This document shows, in pieces, positions 1 to 8,770 of a stretch of DNA of 64,000 bases. A program made the translations under genes and the position numbers. Position 1 is the stretch's first letter; the number at the start of each line of letters is the position of its first letter. The DNA lies in contig CAZEGD010000003.1 in assembly GCA_964512235.1 (NCBI GenBank), positions 101 to 64,100 of the forward strand, given 5' to 3'. The notes beneath the pieces were generated by a model. That model ran no database searches, had not been told where the DNA came from, and saw only the letters and a program-made list of their open reading frames with translations. This DNA comes from an uncultured archaeon (GTDB lineage Archaea; Aenigmatarchaeota; Aenigmatarchaeia; CG10238-14; SCSR01).

Positions 1-1
1 T

Positions 2-676
2 AAAAAAGAGCAATTTCATACTGCTTCTTTATTTGCTTTTGTACCCTGTTCCTCAAGAATTGCTATAATAATGGGGGTAGTTGGATTTTATGGAGGCATA
101 AAGTTAGCTTTTTCTGTTTTTGTTACTTTGCTTGTTGCAGGTTTAATCTGGGCTTTTGGAATAAAAAAAGTTATTCATATAAAGAGTGAACCTTTGCTTT
201 TAGAACTGCCTCCTTATAGAAGGCCCTTGATTAAAAACGTTCTTGCTAAAAGCTGGATTAGAATGAAAGATTTTGTATATATAGTTATACCCTTGTTGGC
301 ACTTGGAGGAATAGCTTATGGTATTTTGAATATATTAGGCCTTGCTAATATCATAGTAGAACCACTTTCGCTAATCACCACTTGGTTAGGATTACCTGCT
401 GTGACTATTATTCCTTTAATCTTTGGATTTTTACAAAAAGATTTAACAGGAGCAATGCTGGTATCAGTCTTGGGCAGTAAGATATCCTTAGCTTTGAACC
501 CTCTCCAAATTTATACATTTGGTGTAGCAGCTACGATTGGAGTTCCGTGCATAATTGCTTTAGGAATGCTTTGGAAGGAATTTGGATTTAAAAGAGCTAT
601 GCTTTTAACAGTAACATCAATGGTTTATGGTCTTTTATTTGCTGGTTTGGCTTGGAGAATAATCTCAATTTTTTGA
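2..676 (+). CDS. feoB: Ferrous iron transporter FeoB, C-terminal membrane part (5' end outside window)
   Basis: The frame is open from nt 2 to the stop at 676. The translation contains LELPPYRRP (the FeoB-type ELPPYR motif) and a multi-TM Gate-domain-like region. Confidence 0.8.
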   Translation, partial: KKEQFHTASLFAFVPCSSRIAIIMGVVGFYGGIKLAFSVFVTLLVAGLIWAFGIKKVIHIKSEPLLLELPPYRRPLIKNVLAKSWIRMKDFVYIVIPLLALGGIAYGILNILGLANIIVEPLSLITTWLGLPAVTIIPLIFGFLQKDLTGAMLVSVLGSKISLALNPLQIYTFGVAATIGVPCIIALGMLWKEFGFKRAMLLTVTSMVYGLLFAGLAWRIISIF

Positions 677-796
677 ATAATGTTTAATAGGAGTAAATAT
701 AATTTCGTAGTGGCAGAGTGAATTTCGCACACAATAATTAAGAAGGATTTTTCTACAGAAGAGGTGCAGGAGGTGAACACAGAACAAAAAATTAGT

Positions 797-1294
797 TCAG
801 TGTTTAAGGATAGTCTCATAGAGTTCTGTTAATCTATATTGATTACCAACTTCTTTAACTAAACCCAATGATACAAGCAGATTCATATGACCCATTAATT
901 CTATCTTATCTTCATATCCTAAAAAGACAAAAGTTGAATCATTATAGAAACGTGGCATTTTTAACTCATCTCCATTTGCACCAGATAAAAATTTAAGTAG
1001 ATTCATATGCTTCATTCGTTTCCCTTTTCCCCCCGCTTCTATCTGAGCCAATGTCAATTCCTCATATTTGATATATTCTTTAGGTGATGATGGTTCTAAT
1101 TTAGGTAACAATTCTTTGAAATATAATTTTGGTACATATCCAGCAATTTTTATTTTCTCGCCTACTTTTTTTCCTATTTCTTTGACACGACTTATTTCCC
1201 AAGACAAAATTTTTGCAATTTCATCAGTATAGAAGCCGTCATTACGCATTTTAACATATAAAGACTCTTCTGGGGTCAATATATCTTTTGTCAT
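797..1294 (-). CDS. Hypothetical protein with helix-turn-helix-like segments
   Basis: ORF-track entry 797..1465 runs through a tRNA gene. I trimmed it to the internal Met at 1294 (MTKDILTPEESLYVKMRNDGFYTDEIAKIL...). The N-terminal segment looks like a sigma-r4/LuxR-type HTH. I recognise no family. Confidence 0.5.
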   Translation of the reverse strand: MTKDILTPEESLYVKMRNDGFYTDEIAKILSWEISRVKEIGKKVGEKIKIAGYVPKLYFKELLPKLEPSSPKEYIKYEELTLAQIEAGGKGKRMKHMNLLKFLSGANGDELKMPRFYNDSTFVFLGYEDKIELMGHMNLLVSLGLVKEVGNQYRLTELYETILKH

Positions 1295-1330
1295 GGTTAT
1301 TTTAAAAGAAGTTAGAGATTTAAGTATGAA

Positions 1331-1416
1331 TGCAGGGGGTGGGATTTGAACCCACGTAGGGACTAACCCACTGGGACCTGAACCCAGCCGAATTGACCAG
1401 ACTATCGGACCCCTGC
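1331..1416 (-). tRNA. tRNA-Leu (anticodon CAG)
   Basis: Reverse complement folds as GCAGGGG / D-arm / CTGGG-TTCAGGT-CCCAG / long variable arm / GTGGG-TTCAAAT-CCCAC / CCCCTGC-A. This is a cloverleaf with a long variable arm, typical of Leu. Confidence 0.9.
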
Positions 1417-1457
1417 ATACAATAAAACATTCCGACAGAAGTAATAAATCTTTGTTT

Positions 1458-2318
1458 TTAGTCATGGTTGCAGACTAGCTCATGGAACTTCTTCAGGTTC
1501 GGCTCGTCATTCACAGGAATCCAGTATTCGCTGGGCAGCAAGACTTTAAACATCTTCCCGTCTTTTGCAAGCTGCTTGAGCACCGTACGCTCAATCTTCA
1601 CTTCTTTGCCGCTAGGCAGAGACTGTATCAATGAAAATATGCTTTTGCTCAATCCAAATATGCCCGTGTTAGAATCTTTAGTTATGAATGGTTTCTCCAC
1701 AAAATCTACAACATCCCCGTCTTTGTCAATGACCTCCCCATACTGGTATAGCTTCCCGGGTACGCATACGACTACTGCCTCATACCCAGCCTTCATAGCC
1801 GCTATAAAGACTTTAACGAAATCTTTGGGGAATTCCTCATAGTTCATTATCTGATCATCCGGGAAATGAATGATTATTGACTTGCTTATGACACCATTTT
1901 CTATTGCTAGCTTGAGTGCGCCACCAGAACCAAGATTGCCATGCTCTACGGAATATTTATTTGTAACACCAAAGTCGCTGCCGTTTCTAAAATAGTTCTG
2001 TATGGACTCTCCCCTATGCGTATCGTCGATGAGAAAGCAAAAGTCTTTGAAGCCCGCTTTCTGCCAAAGATTGAATGTGTATCTGCATATGGGCAGACCG
2101 TTTATTTGTATCATATGCTTGGAGTACTTGTCATTGGTCACGTGCTTGAGCCTAGTACCCCCACCACCCATAAGGAAGACGGCCTGCACATCCTTTATTT
2201 CATCTTCAGACACAGAATCAAGGTCGAGCTTGTTGGACTTTACATAAAGGTGCTTGCCCACACGTTTGTACTTCTTAAGGCTATTCTCAGTATTTCCCTC
2301 GTCAAGTAATTCATGCAT
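1458..2318 (-). CDS. Sugar-phosphate nucleotidyltransferase (NDP-sugar pyrophosphorylase family)
   Basis: N-terminal LMGGGGTRL matches the GxGTRL signature of NTP-transferase enzymes. Size and the rest of the sequence fit the glucose/mannose-1-P nucleotidyltransferase fold. Confidence 0.8.
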   Translation of the reverse strand: MHELLDEGNTENSLKKYKRVGKHLYVKSNKLDLDSVSEDEIKDVQAVFLMGGGGTRLKHVTNDKYSKHMIQINGLPICRYTFNLWQKAGFKDFCFLIDDTHRGESIQNYFRNGSDFGVTNKYSVEHGNLGSGGALKLAIENGVISKSIIIHFPDDQIMNYEEFPKDFVKVFIAAMKAGYEAVVVCVPGKLYQYGEVIDKDGDVVDFVEKPFITKDSNTGIFGLSKSIFSLIQSLPSGKEVKIERTVLKQLAKDGKMFKVLLPSEYWIPVNDEPNLKKFHELVCNHD

Positions 2319-2330
2319 CTTTTACACCCT

Positions 2331-3146
2331 TTATTTCATTTTTGAACCGCCAACTTTTATGTCAATGCATACCTTGTAAGCGTGTGGACTATAAGCTGAC
2401 ACTACATGCTTATTAATGATTTTATATTCCCTGCCCATCTTTTTTAAGTTTTCGTCTATCAACTTCTCAGCCTTCTCAAAGAGCTTGGGCTCCCTTCCCC
2501 AGTTGTAAAAATGTATGATGCCTTCCCCTCTCAGGCAGTTCACTGCAATGTCCAGGAAATTTTCTGCTCCCAATGGCAGTGGCATAACTACGCGGTCGCA
2601 TTTGCCGTACCATCTTACACATACATGTCGCACGTCGCCTGGGAGAGAGAGTATCTTGTGGGAGAGCTTGTTGATTCTGATATTCTCATCCGCATATCGT
2701 ACAGCTTCCGGGTTTATCTCTACAGCAATGACCCTTTCAACATCAGTCTGCTTCTTTGAAATTGCCACAGCAAATGGTGCGACCCCACTGAACATTACCA
2801 TCACAACTTCACCAGCTTTCACCTGCTCGGCAACTCTCTGCCGTTCTGTAGCCTCGCGTGGTGAAAAATAGACTTTCTGCGGGTCAATTCTTATTCTGTA
2901 TCCATGTTCTTTATGCAGGACTTCGGTATCTGCATCTCCAGCGAGAAGATTGTACTTGCGCGTCCTGAATTCACCCTCCCGGTTCGATGTTTTCTGTAGG
3001 ACGGATTTTACGTTCTTATGGGCCTTAAGCAAAACTTCAGCAATCTCTTTTTTCTTTCCTTCCAAGTCGTCTGGAATTTCTATTATAGCTACTGCCTTCT
3101 CTCTCGATCCGATGATGTTGAAGCTTGAAGGAATCAGTTTTCCCAT
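2331..3146 (-). CDS. trm5: tRNA (guanine37-N1)-methyltransferase Trm5 (Met-10+ family)
   Basis: FNIIGSREKAVAIIEIP, YFSPREATERQRV, the SAM-binding MFSGVAPFAVAISK...VIAVEINPEA, and DRVVMPLP are characteristic of archaeal Trm5/Taw22. Confidence 0.85.
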   Translation of the reverse strand: MGKLIPSSFNIIGSREKAVAIIEIPDDLEGKKKEIAEVLLKAHKNVKSVLQKTSNREGEFRTRKYNLLAGDADTEVLHKEHGYRIRIDPQKVYFSPREATERQRVAEQVKAGEVVMVMFSGVAPFAVAISKKQTDVERVIAVEINPEAVRYADENIRINKLSHKILSLPGDVRHVCVRWYGKCDRVVMPLPLGAENFLDIAVNCLRGEGIIHFYNWGREPKLFEKAEKLIDENLKKMGREYKIINKHVVSAYSPHAYKVCIDIKVGGSKMK

Positions 3147-3242
3147 AAGATTAGTTGTAGAATTTAATTAAAATAAAATCATTTTCGATATGTAGATTTC
3201 CTTGAAGGATTGTAATAGAAACAGTTAGAAAGAGTTAGAGCA

Positions 3243-3515
3243 CTAATCTTTCTTGTCAAACTCATTTTTTAGTTTTTCCAAAAGAACTGGATCTAGCTTT
3301 ATTTTACCACGTTTAGCTTGATTAATTATGTAACCGAGCATTTTCTTTGTCGGATTGAAAAACTTGAGCCTTTGCCCCAGATATTTTATCTGCTTTTCGA
3401 GTTTGGTGGGTTCAGCATCTTTAATCTTTTTAACTTTAGCATTGATTAACTTCAGCATTTCTATGATTTTTTTAACTTCCTCAGGACTGTAAGTTTCCCC
3501 ATAATTATTTTCCAT
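3243..3515 (-). CDS. Hypothetical small basic/helical protein
   Basis: 90-aa ORF with coding-like, K/E-rich composition. No recognisable motif. Confidence 0.4.
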   Translation of the reverse strand: MENNYGETYSPEEVKKIIEMLKLINAKVKKIKDAEPTKLEKQIKYLGQRLKFFNPTKKMLGYIINQAKRGKIKLDPVLLEKLKNEFDKKD

Positions 3516-3670
3516 AAAACTATCTTTGTTTTTTTAAAATTTAAAGATTGACTACTATCCACTACTATCTGATTGGTCCGAAGTGGAGACCCTTCTTGAT
3601 ATGTATATTTCCTTGAAAAACTTTCATACAACTATACCTAGGATGGCACTGCCTATGATATTTGCAACCT

Positions 3671-4018
3671 TCAAAAAGGAATTCTCATTTCGACAATGGC
3701 AGTCCCGATAAGATTGGCGACTTTCATGTAAAATTCAATGAAAAATTCTATCACAACCTTCAAAAACCTGAACTCAAAAGGCTCTGTCACAAAAAATTGG
3801 CCAGAGTAGAAGTAGTACATGAAAGCGACTATGGAAAGTATGAACCCTATGCGCGCGACTTGGGTACCGATGAATTTGAGTGCTTCATCATCCGAGTAGA
3901 GCCAGAAGGCTAGGCCGATCAATGCTATGCCGAAATAGAGCGGCAGTTCAAAACCTACAAACAACGACGGTACTATTATTACCGGCAGCAACGCCACAAC
4001 TATCCACAGGCTTCTCAT
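3671..4018 (-). CDS. Hypothetical membrane protein (3-4 TM)
   Basis: The translation is strongly hydrophobic with several TM-length segments. I prefer it to the overlapping + strand 83-aa ORF. Confidence 0.45.
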   Translation of the reverse strand: MRSLWIVVALLPVIIVPSLFVGFELPLYFGIALIGLAFWLYSDDEALKFIGTQVARIGFILSIVAFMYYFYSGQFFVTEPFEFRFLKVVIEFFIEFYMKVANLIGTAIVEMRIPF

Positions 4019-4050
4019 AGATTAAAATTTGAACAGCATTGTATATAATT

Positions 4051-4080
4051 CAGGATGATTTTTAAACCTGCAAAGTTCAG
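4051..4080. repeat. Imperfect direct repeat, copy 1 (promoter-like ATGATTTTTAAAC..TGCAAAGT)
   Basis: caggatgatttttaaacctgcaaagttcag matches 4741-4770 (cagaatgatttttaaacatgcaaagtcatg). 24 of the first 26 nt are identical. Confidence 0.7.
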
Positions 4081-4184
4081 AACTATCTAGTTGATTGGAC
4101 TATTTCAAAATTGGCAGTACTAATCACTAGCTTCAACGTAAGAGTCGTATTAGACTTAAGTATTTAATGGATTAGTGATTAAAT

Positions 4185-4646
4185 ATGACAGACACCATTG
4201 TAGCATCCGACTTGGATGAAATAGCAACCTTATTATACAATGCATTAAGTAACGAGTATAAGCGTGTCTCGACTTCTACTTGGTCAAATGATAAACTAAC
4301 AGATACCGATTATTGGGGTCGAGCCTGGAATGTTGCTAGTGATAGCAGGACATGGATGGCAATAAAAAAGAGCTATGATAATGATAATATATCAGCAATT
4401 AGAAATTATAACTGCCCACTCGCAATGTCAGTCACTCGTGGAGGTTCGGGGATTTTCCATTCTCACTGGTTAACTTATAAAATATTTGACATACAGATTA
4501 TAGAGTCTCTTGCTAACTACGGTTATGTTCCACAGAGCCTAAGGATGAGACCGAGGTCATTCGAAGGTTGCTATACTTCTTGCGAGGAGGGTCACAACCC
4601 CAATACTAAGCGAATTATTCAAGAAGCTCTGGCAGTTTTAAAATAG
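4185..4646 (+). CDS. Hypothetical protein (orphan, W/Y/N-rich)
   Basis: 153-aa ORF with no motif I recognise. It lies between the two copies of the 4051/4741 repeat. Confidence 0.5.
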   Translation: MTDTIVASDLDEIATLLYNALSNEYKRVSTSTWSNDKLTDTDYWGRAWNVASDSRTWMAIKKSYDNDNISAIRNYNCPLAMSVTRGGSGIFHSHWLTYKIFDIQIIESLANYGYVPQSLRMRPRSFEGCYTSCEEGHNPNTKRIIQEALAVLK

Positions 4647-4740
4647 AGGTTAACGCCTAGGATGGCATTTGAGCCCATTGAAATTTCTTTTCTAAGGATT
4701 CTAGCGTTTTATATATCTCCTTGAATAACTCTCTTTCTTT

Positions 4741-4770
4741 CAGAATGATTTTTAAACATGCAAAGTCATG
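4741..4770. repeat. Imperfect direct repeat, copy 2; likely the dphB promoter (BRE/TATA-like TTTTTAAAC)
   Basis: Same sequence as 4051-4080. It ends about 20 nt upstream of the dphB ATG at 4789. Confidence 0.6.
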
Positions 4771-4788
4771 TTAATGAACGGTGTGTAA

Positions 4789-5535
4789 ATGCTTACTATA
4801 GTTGGATTGGGACTGTGGGATGAGAGGGATTTGACGCTTAGAGCCATAGATGCAGCCAAGCAAGCGGACAAAGCATACATCGAATTGTACACGAGCAAGT
4901 GGCACGGTGCAGAGAAAATAAAGGAAATCATTGGTAAGGATGCTGTAGAATTGAAGCGTGAGGATCTGGAGCAGAATGCGAGCAAGCTTGTAGGGGAAGC
5001 GAAGGAGAAGGATGTTGTCTTGTTTGTGCCCGGCGATCCTCTGGTTGCGACAACACATTTGACAATTTTAGAGGCAGCAAAAAAGGCAGGTGTGAAGACT
5101 AGAGTCATACATAACTCTTCAATCATTTCGGCAATTGCTGAGACTGGCCTTCATATATACAAATTCGGCTCTACTGCTACTGTGCCGTTCCCAGAGAAGA
5201 CGAAAGGCAAGCTGCCCGAGTCTGTCTATGATGTGCTGAAGCTGAACAAGCGAGCTGGATTGCATACACTGCTGCTGCTTGACATCACTCCAGAGCGATG
5301 TATGCTACCAAGGGAGGCAATGCAGCAGCTTCTTGCCATGGAAGAACAAAGGAAAGAAGGCATCTTCACCAATCAGACAGCTGTAGTAATCTTTGCCCGT
5401 GCAGGCAGCGAGGATTCAGAGATTGTCTATGGTAAAGTTAACGAACTGTTGGAGAAGGACTTTGGCAAGCCGCCTATGGTCATCATCGTGCCTGGAATTC
5501 TACATTTTACTGAAAAGGACTATCTAAAACTTTGA
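4789..5535 (+). CDS. dphB: Diphthine synthase
   Basis: MLTIVGLGLWDERDLTLRAIDAAKQADKAYIELYTS and GDPLVATTH are the tetrapyrrole-methylase-fold diphthine synthase signatures. Confidence 0.9.
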   Translation: MLTIVGLGLWDERDLTLRAIDAAKQADKAYIELYTSKWHGAEKIKEIIGKDAVELKREDLEQNASKLVGEAKEKDVVLFVPGDPLVATTHLTILEAAKKAGVKTRVIHNSSIISAIAETGLHIYKFGSTATVPFPEKTKGKLPESVYDVLKLNKRAGLHTLLLLDITPERCMLPREAMQQLLAMEEQRKEGIFTNQTAVVIFARAGSEDSEIVYGKVNELLEKDFGKPPMVIIVPGILHFTEKDYLKL

Positions 5536-5595
5536 AAATAGAGAAATGAATAATTATAGAAAGAAATTAAAGAAAAATCTTCTTTTTTTGAAGAG

Positions 5596-6231
5596 TTAGC
5601 CACGTCCCGCAGCACGGAGCATCTTATCTTCTTTGGGCGTCCTAATTAGCCACCACAGACCAAATGCAGTTAATACAATCAAAGCAAGGACAACAATATC
5701 CTGCGCAGAAAGCTCCAAGCTAGGTAAAATATCGGTTGAAATACCACCGACGCTTGGAAATAGTTCAGGGAACATTCCAAAGCCACCACTACTTGCAAAC
5801 AGAGCTACACCCACTAATAAAACTATGATGAGAGCTACCTTGGCAGCTCTTGGAAGTTTCGTGTTTTCATCTATTCCTGAAAATATATCTATTCCAACCA
5901 TCTTTGCTAGGATGTATATTATCATCCCTGCAGCTATTAGTGTAGTTAATATTATTGCTGTCTGACCGAACATCGTTGCAAAGAAGTTCGTTAGAGTAAA
6001 TCCAAGAGGTGTATATGCCATCAAGAACATAGCCGCTGCAAGCGAGAATACCAAGTTAATTGCTCTGGCTAGCCTAGCTTCCTTTAGCGCTGAAGCATTA
6101 AAAGGATCTCCAAATAACTTAAGCTTTGATAGTAACCCATAAAACAATGCAAACAGAATTATGAAAGGTAAATAGAATTCAAAAACACCAAACTCAGTAG
6201 CGAGTCCGACCAAATCTCCAATCGATGCCAT
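5596..6231 (-). CDS. Paralogous polytopic membrane protein, member 1 (subgroup A)
   Basis: N-terminus FGVFEFYLPFIILFALFYGLLSKLKLFGD is shared with members 2 and 3. 5-6 TM segments. Confidence 0.7.
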   Translation of the reverse strand: MASIGDLVGLATEFGVFEFYLPFIILFALFYGLLSKLKLFGDPFNASALKEARLARAINLVFSLAAAMFLMAYTPLGFTLTNFFATMFGQTAIILTTLIAAGMIIYILAKMVGIDIFSGIDENTKLPRAAKVALIIVLLVGVALFASSGGFGMFPELFPSVGGISTDILPSLELSAQDIVVLALIVLTAFGLWWLIRTPKEDKMLRAAGRG

Positions 6232-6303
6232 GTCATTCTCCTTAACTAATTATTCGTGATTTAAGTTTAAAAAGCTTTTTTCTCCCCACTCAACTCTTAA
6301 ATT

Positions 6304-6843
6304 CTATTTAGTCAAAAATACCAGCAATCCCACACTTCCCAGCATCGCTCCGAAAGTGACGGCTACACCTATCCACTCATCGCTACCTCCCCCCAGAGAT
6401 ATACCCTGCGGCAAGAATATGCCTACAATCCCGCTGGTGATGAGCACAACAACACCTATCAGCATGCCAAATATCAGTATTACCGCCCATATCCTTCCAC
6501 CTTTGAATTTATCAGCTAAAGTCTTTGGCAGGTCTGGCGGCATGAACAAGCCGGATACTATCAATCCGAGCATTACGACGAGAGTTGCTATCATACCATG
6601 CGTGAAAAACGTAGCAAGCTGCGTCTCTATATTCACACCCGCTATAATCGGGTATGCCCATACCATGAAAGCCGCTGCAATCGATATGACAGCATTGACT
6701 GTGACATTCCTGTCCGGGTCTCCAAATATCTTGCTCTTCCTGAGCGACCCGTAAAATATTGCAGCAGTGAGGATAAATGGCAGTATGAACTGGAAGAATC
6801 CCAGGTCTCTCATCTTCTGTATTGTCAGTTCCATTGGGTTCAT
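6304..6843 (-). CDS. Paralogous polytopic membrane protein, member 2 (subgroup A)
   Basis: LGFFQFILPFILTAAIFYGSLRKSKIFGD. The TM layout matches member 1. Confidence 0.7.
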   Translation of the reverse strand: MNPMELTIQKMRDLGFFQFILPFILTAAIFYGSLRKSKIFGDPDRNVTVNAVISIAAAFMVWAYPIIAGVNIETQLATFFTHGMIATLVVMLGLIVSGLFMPPDLPKTLADKFKGGRIWAVILIFGMLIGVVVLITSGIVGIFLPQGISLGGGSDEWIGVAVTFGAMLGSVGLLVFLTK

Positions 6844-6847
6844 TTAA

Positions 6848-7390
6848 TCACTCAGACTTCAAAGTCGTGGCAGCCGCGATTATCAAGACTACAATAAATA
6901 TTAACATTCCTCCGATAAGAGTGATTATGTCCGGGTTTATCACTGGACTGGTGGGTGCTCCAGACCCGCCAATAGCTCCAAGTATAGTAGGCAGGAAGCC
7001 GCTAATTACAGCCACAGTCAGGGCTATGGCAACCCCGACGTAGAGCATTGTCCTACTATGGGAGAACTTCTCTTTGAGCATACCCGCGAGATCGGGGTAG
7101 AAAAAACCCGATATTAAAAATGCGAAAAATATTACAAATATAAACAACATAAGCTGCATGAACATAGTCGTCATCGAAAACGTCAATGACGTCCCAGTTA
7201 TTATGGGAAAGCTGAATATGAGGAATGCACCGACAAACGCAACCAACCCGTTGATTGCGGATGACTCTCCCAACAGCTTAGTCTTCTTCAACAATGCAAA
7301 AAACAATGGCAATGCCAAAAGGAACAGCAAAAAGTCATAGAATCCAATATTCAGCAATTCATTTATCACTGTCTCGAACGGGCTTGCCAT
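6848..7390 (-). CDS. Paralogous polytopic membrane protein, member 3 (subgroup A)
   Basis: IGFYDFLLFLLALPLFFALLKKTKLLGE. The gene lies 4 nt upstream of member 2. Confidence 0.7.
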   Translation of the reverse strand: MASPFETVINELLNIGFYDFLLFLLALPLFFALLKKTKLLGESSAINGLVAFVGAFLIFSFPIITGTSLTFSMTTMFMQLMLFIFVIFFAFLISGFFYPDLAGMLKEKFSHSRTMLYVGVAIALTVAVISGFLPTILGAIGGSGAPTSPVINPDIITLIGGMLIFIVVLIIAAATTLKSE

Positions 7391-7467
7391 TTATTAAAAC
7401 ACCTAAATTAGATTTCGTTTGCCAGAAATTTAAGTTTAAAGATTGGGCACATAATTTTATGTTTTTT

Positions 7468-7935
7468 CTATTCGCTCTCCACCAGTTCTATTTCTCTTCT
7501 CAATCTCTCTATATTTTTATATAGAGCCCTTTTCTTATTTTTATTACCCTCAGTTCTTAACTTCTCAAATTCTTTATCACGTCTTTCCATGAGTCTTTTA
7601 AGCCTCCTTCCTTTAGAACCAGTCTCGAAGTAGATATCCCTGCCTCTGTTGATTGTCCAGAGTATAACACCACCTACAAATAATAGAAGGAATGCTGCAA
7701 CCGCTGTCATGCTGCCCAGCTGTATCATCCACTGCGAAACCATTGGAAATATGTCCGTGGATGCGAGGAAGAGCACCATGGCAAGCGAAATCACAATGTT
7801 GATTTTCTTGTTTTTGAAAATCCCCATCGCCGTTAAAATGCCCCAAAGCATTACGAAAATTACTACGAAAGGAATGAAGAATGTGTTAATGAGTTCCCAA
7901 GGTGCCAGTTCATATAATAGGTCTAGGATTGCCAT
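7468..7935 (-). CDS. Paralogous membrane protein, member 4 (short, with a charged coiled-coil tail)
   Basis: INTFFIPFVVIFVMLWGILTAMGIFKNKK, then 2-3 TM segments and the K/R/E-rich tail RRLKRLMERRDKEFEKLRTEG... Confidence 0.65.
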   Translation of the reverse strand: MAILDLLYELAPWELINTFFIPFVVIFVMLWGILTAMGIFKNKKINIVISLAMVLFLASTDIFPMVSQWMIQLGSMTAVAAFLLLFVGGVILWTINRGRDIYFETGSKGRRLKRLMERRDKEFEKLRTEGNKNKKRALYKNIERLRREIELVESE

Positions 7936-7988
7936 AAATACCTAATAATACTTTGGATTTGGGATTAAAAATTTGATTAGAAACTGAA

Positions 7989-8708
7989 TTATGGCTCAAA
8001 CCCTGATTTTCTCATATCTCTAGAAAGTTCCCTCTCTTTCTTTGAGAGATTTCCGTATTCCTTAACCAAACTTTCAACTTTAGATGGAACTTTACCACCT
8101 ACTTTCAATTTCGAAGGCCAGTCTTTAGTATCTGAAGTATTTAGCGCATGTTTAACATCATCACCATAGACAACATCATTTACATCTTTTCCAATTTGGT
8201 TAAGTATACTTGTTTTTCTCCTTGAAATGCCAGTTAAGTCACCTCTAATGCTAGAAACTTCTTTTGCCATTCCACCAAAATTGCCATACAACCTGAAGCT
8301 CGTGCCATATACCCATAGTATGACACCGATGATGAACAGTATACCAAATCCTATTAGGCCTATGAAGGCGCCAAACGCATAGAATATGTTCACTATATAA
8401 GTCAGTATGCCAGAAGGCAGAAGCAGGAATGCAAAGCAAAACGCAATCGTACCATGTAATTTGTTACTTCCTCTTCTGAATATTCTCAATTCTTTGAGTA
8501 TGCCGTAAATAACTACAAAGGCTGTAAAGAAAGGAAAGATAACATAATAGAGTACATTTGGTATTCTAAGCCAGTCTTCAGACATGCCCGGAAAAACCCA
8601 AGTTGCAAGTGCCTCTGGATCCCACAGAGACTCTAGGTAATTCTGCGCTAGACCTACCGTAGGTAACGTCAATAAGATTGCAAAAATTACAGCTGCTACT
8701 CGTCTCAT
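7989..8708 (-). CDS. Paralogous membrane protein, member 5 (subgroup B: signal peptide plus cytoplasmic tail)
   Basis: Signal peptide ending TVGLAQ, core YYVIFPFFTAFVVIYGILKELRIFRR, and a charged C-terminal tail. Confidence 0.65.
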   Translation of the reverse strand: MRRVAAVIFAILLTLPTVGLAQNYLESLWDPEALATWVFPGMSEDWLRIPNVLYYVIFPFFTAFVVIYGILKELRIFRRGSNKLHGTIAFCFAFLLLPSGILTYIVNIFYAFGAFIGLIGFGILFIIGVILWVYGTSFRLYGNFGGMAKEVSSIRGDLTGISRRKTSILNQIGKDVNDVVYGDDVKHALNTSDTKDWPSKLKVGGKVPSKVESLVKEYGNLSKKERELSRDMRKSGFEP

Positions 8709-8770
8709 TTAATACGCCTATTAATTATTTAGTTAGAAGGAATTTAAATTTGAATGGTTATGTTGAGGAT

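Noticed and set aside
797-1465. ORF-track entries that appear to start upstream of tRNA genes (797..1465, 34493..34972, 55748..56158)
   Set aside because: Their N-terminal extensions are translations of the complementary strand of tRNA-Leu, tRNA-Trp and tRNA-Thr. I shortened the CDSs to internal Met codons, two of which have GGTG/GGGGGTG RBS-like sequences.
3637-4667. Repeated 12-mer cctaggatggca at 3637 and 4656
   Set aside because: Many exact 12-mer repeats are expected by chance in a 64-kb window, and there is no extended similarity around it.
5596-7390. Treating paralog members 1-3 as prepilins because of the G|F-x-[EQD]-F junction
   Set aside because: They lack the basic residue at -2/-3 that all 11 K-G leaders in the locus have. 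They also have long non-basic leaders and are polytopic (5-6 TM) rather than single-anchor proteins. The resemblance is noted but not used for annotation.
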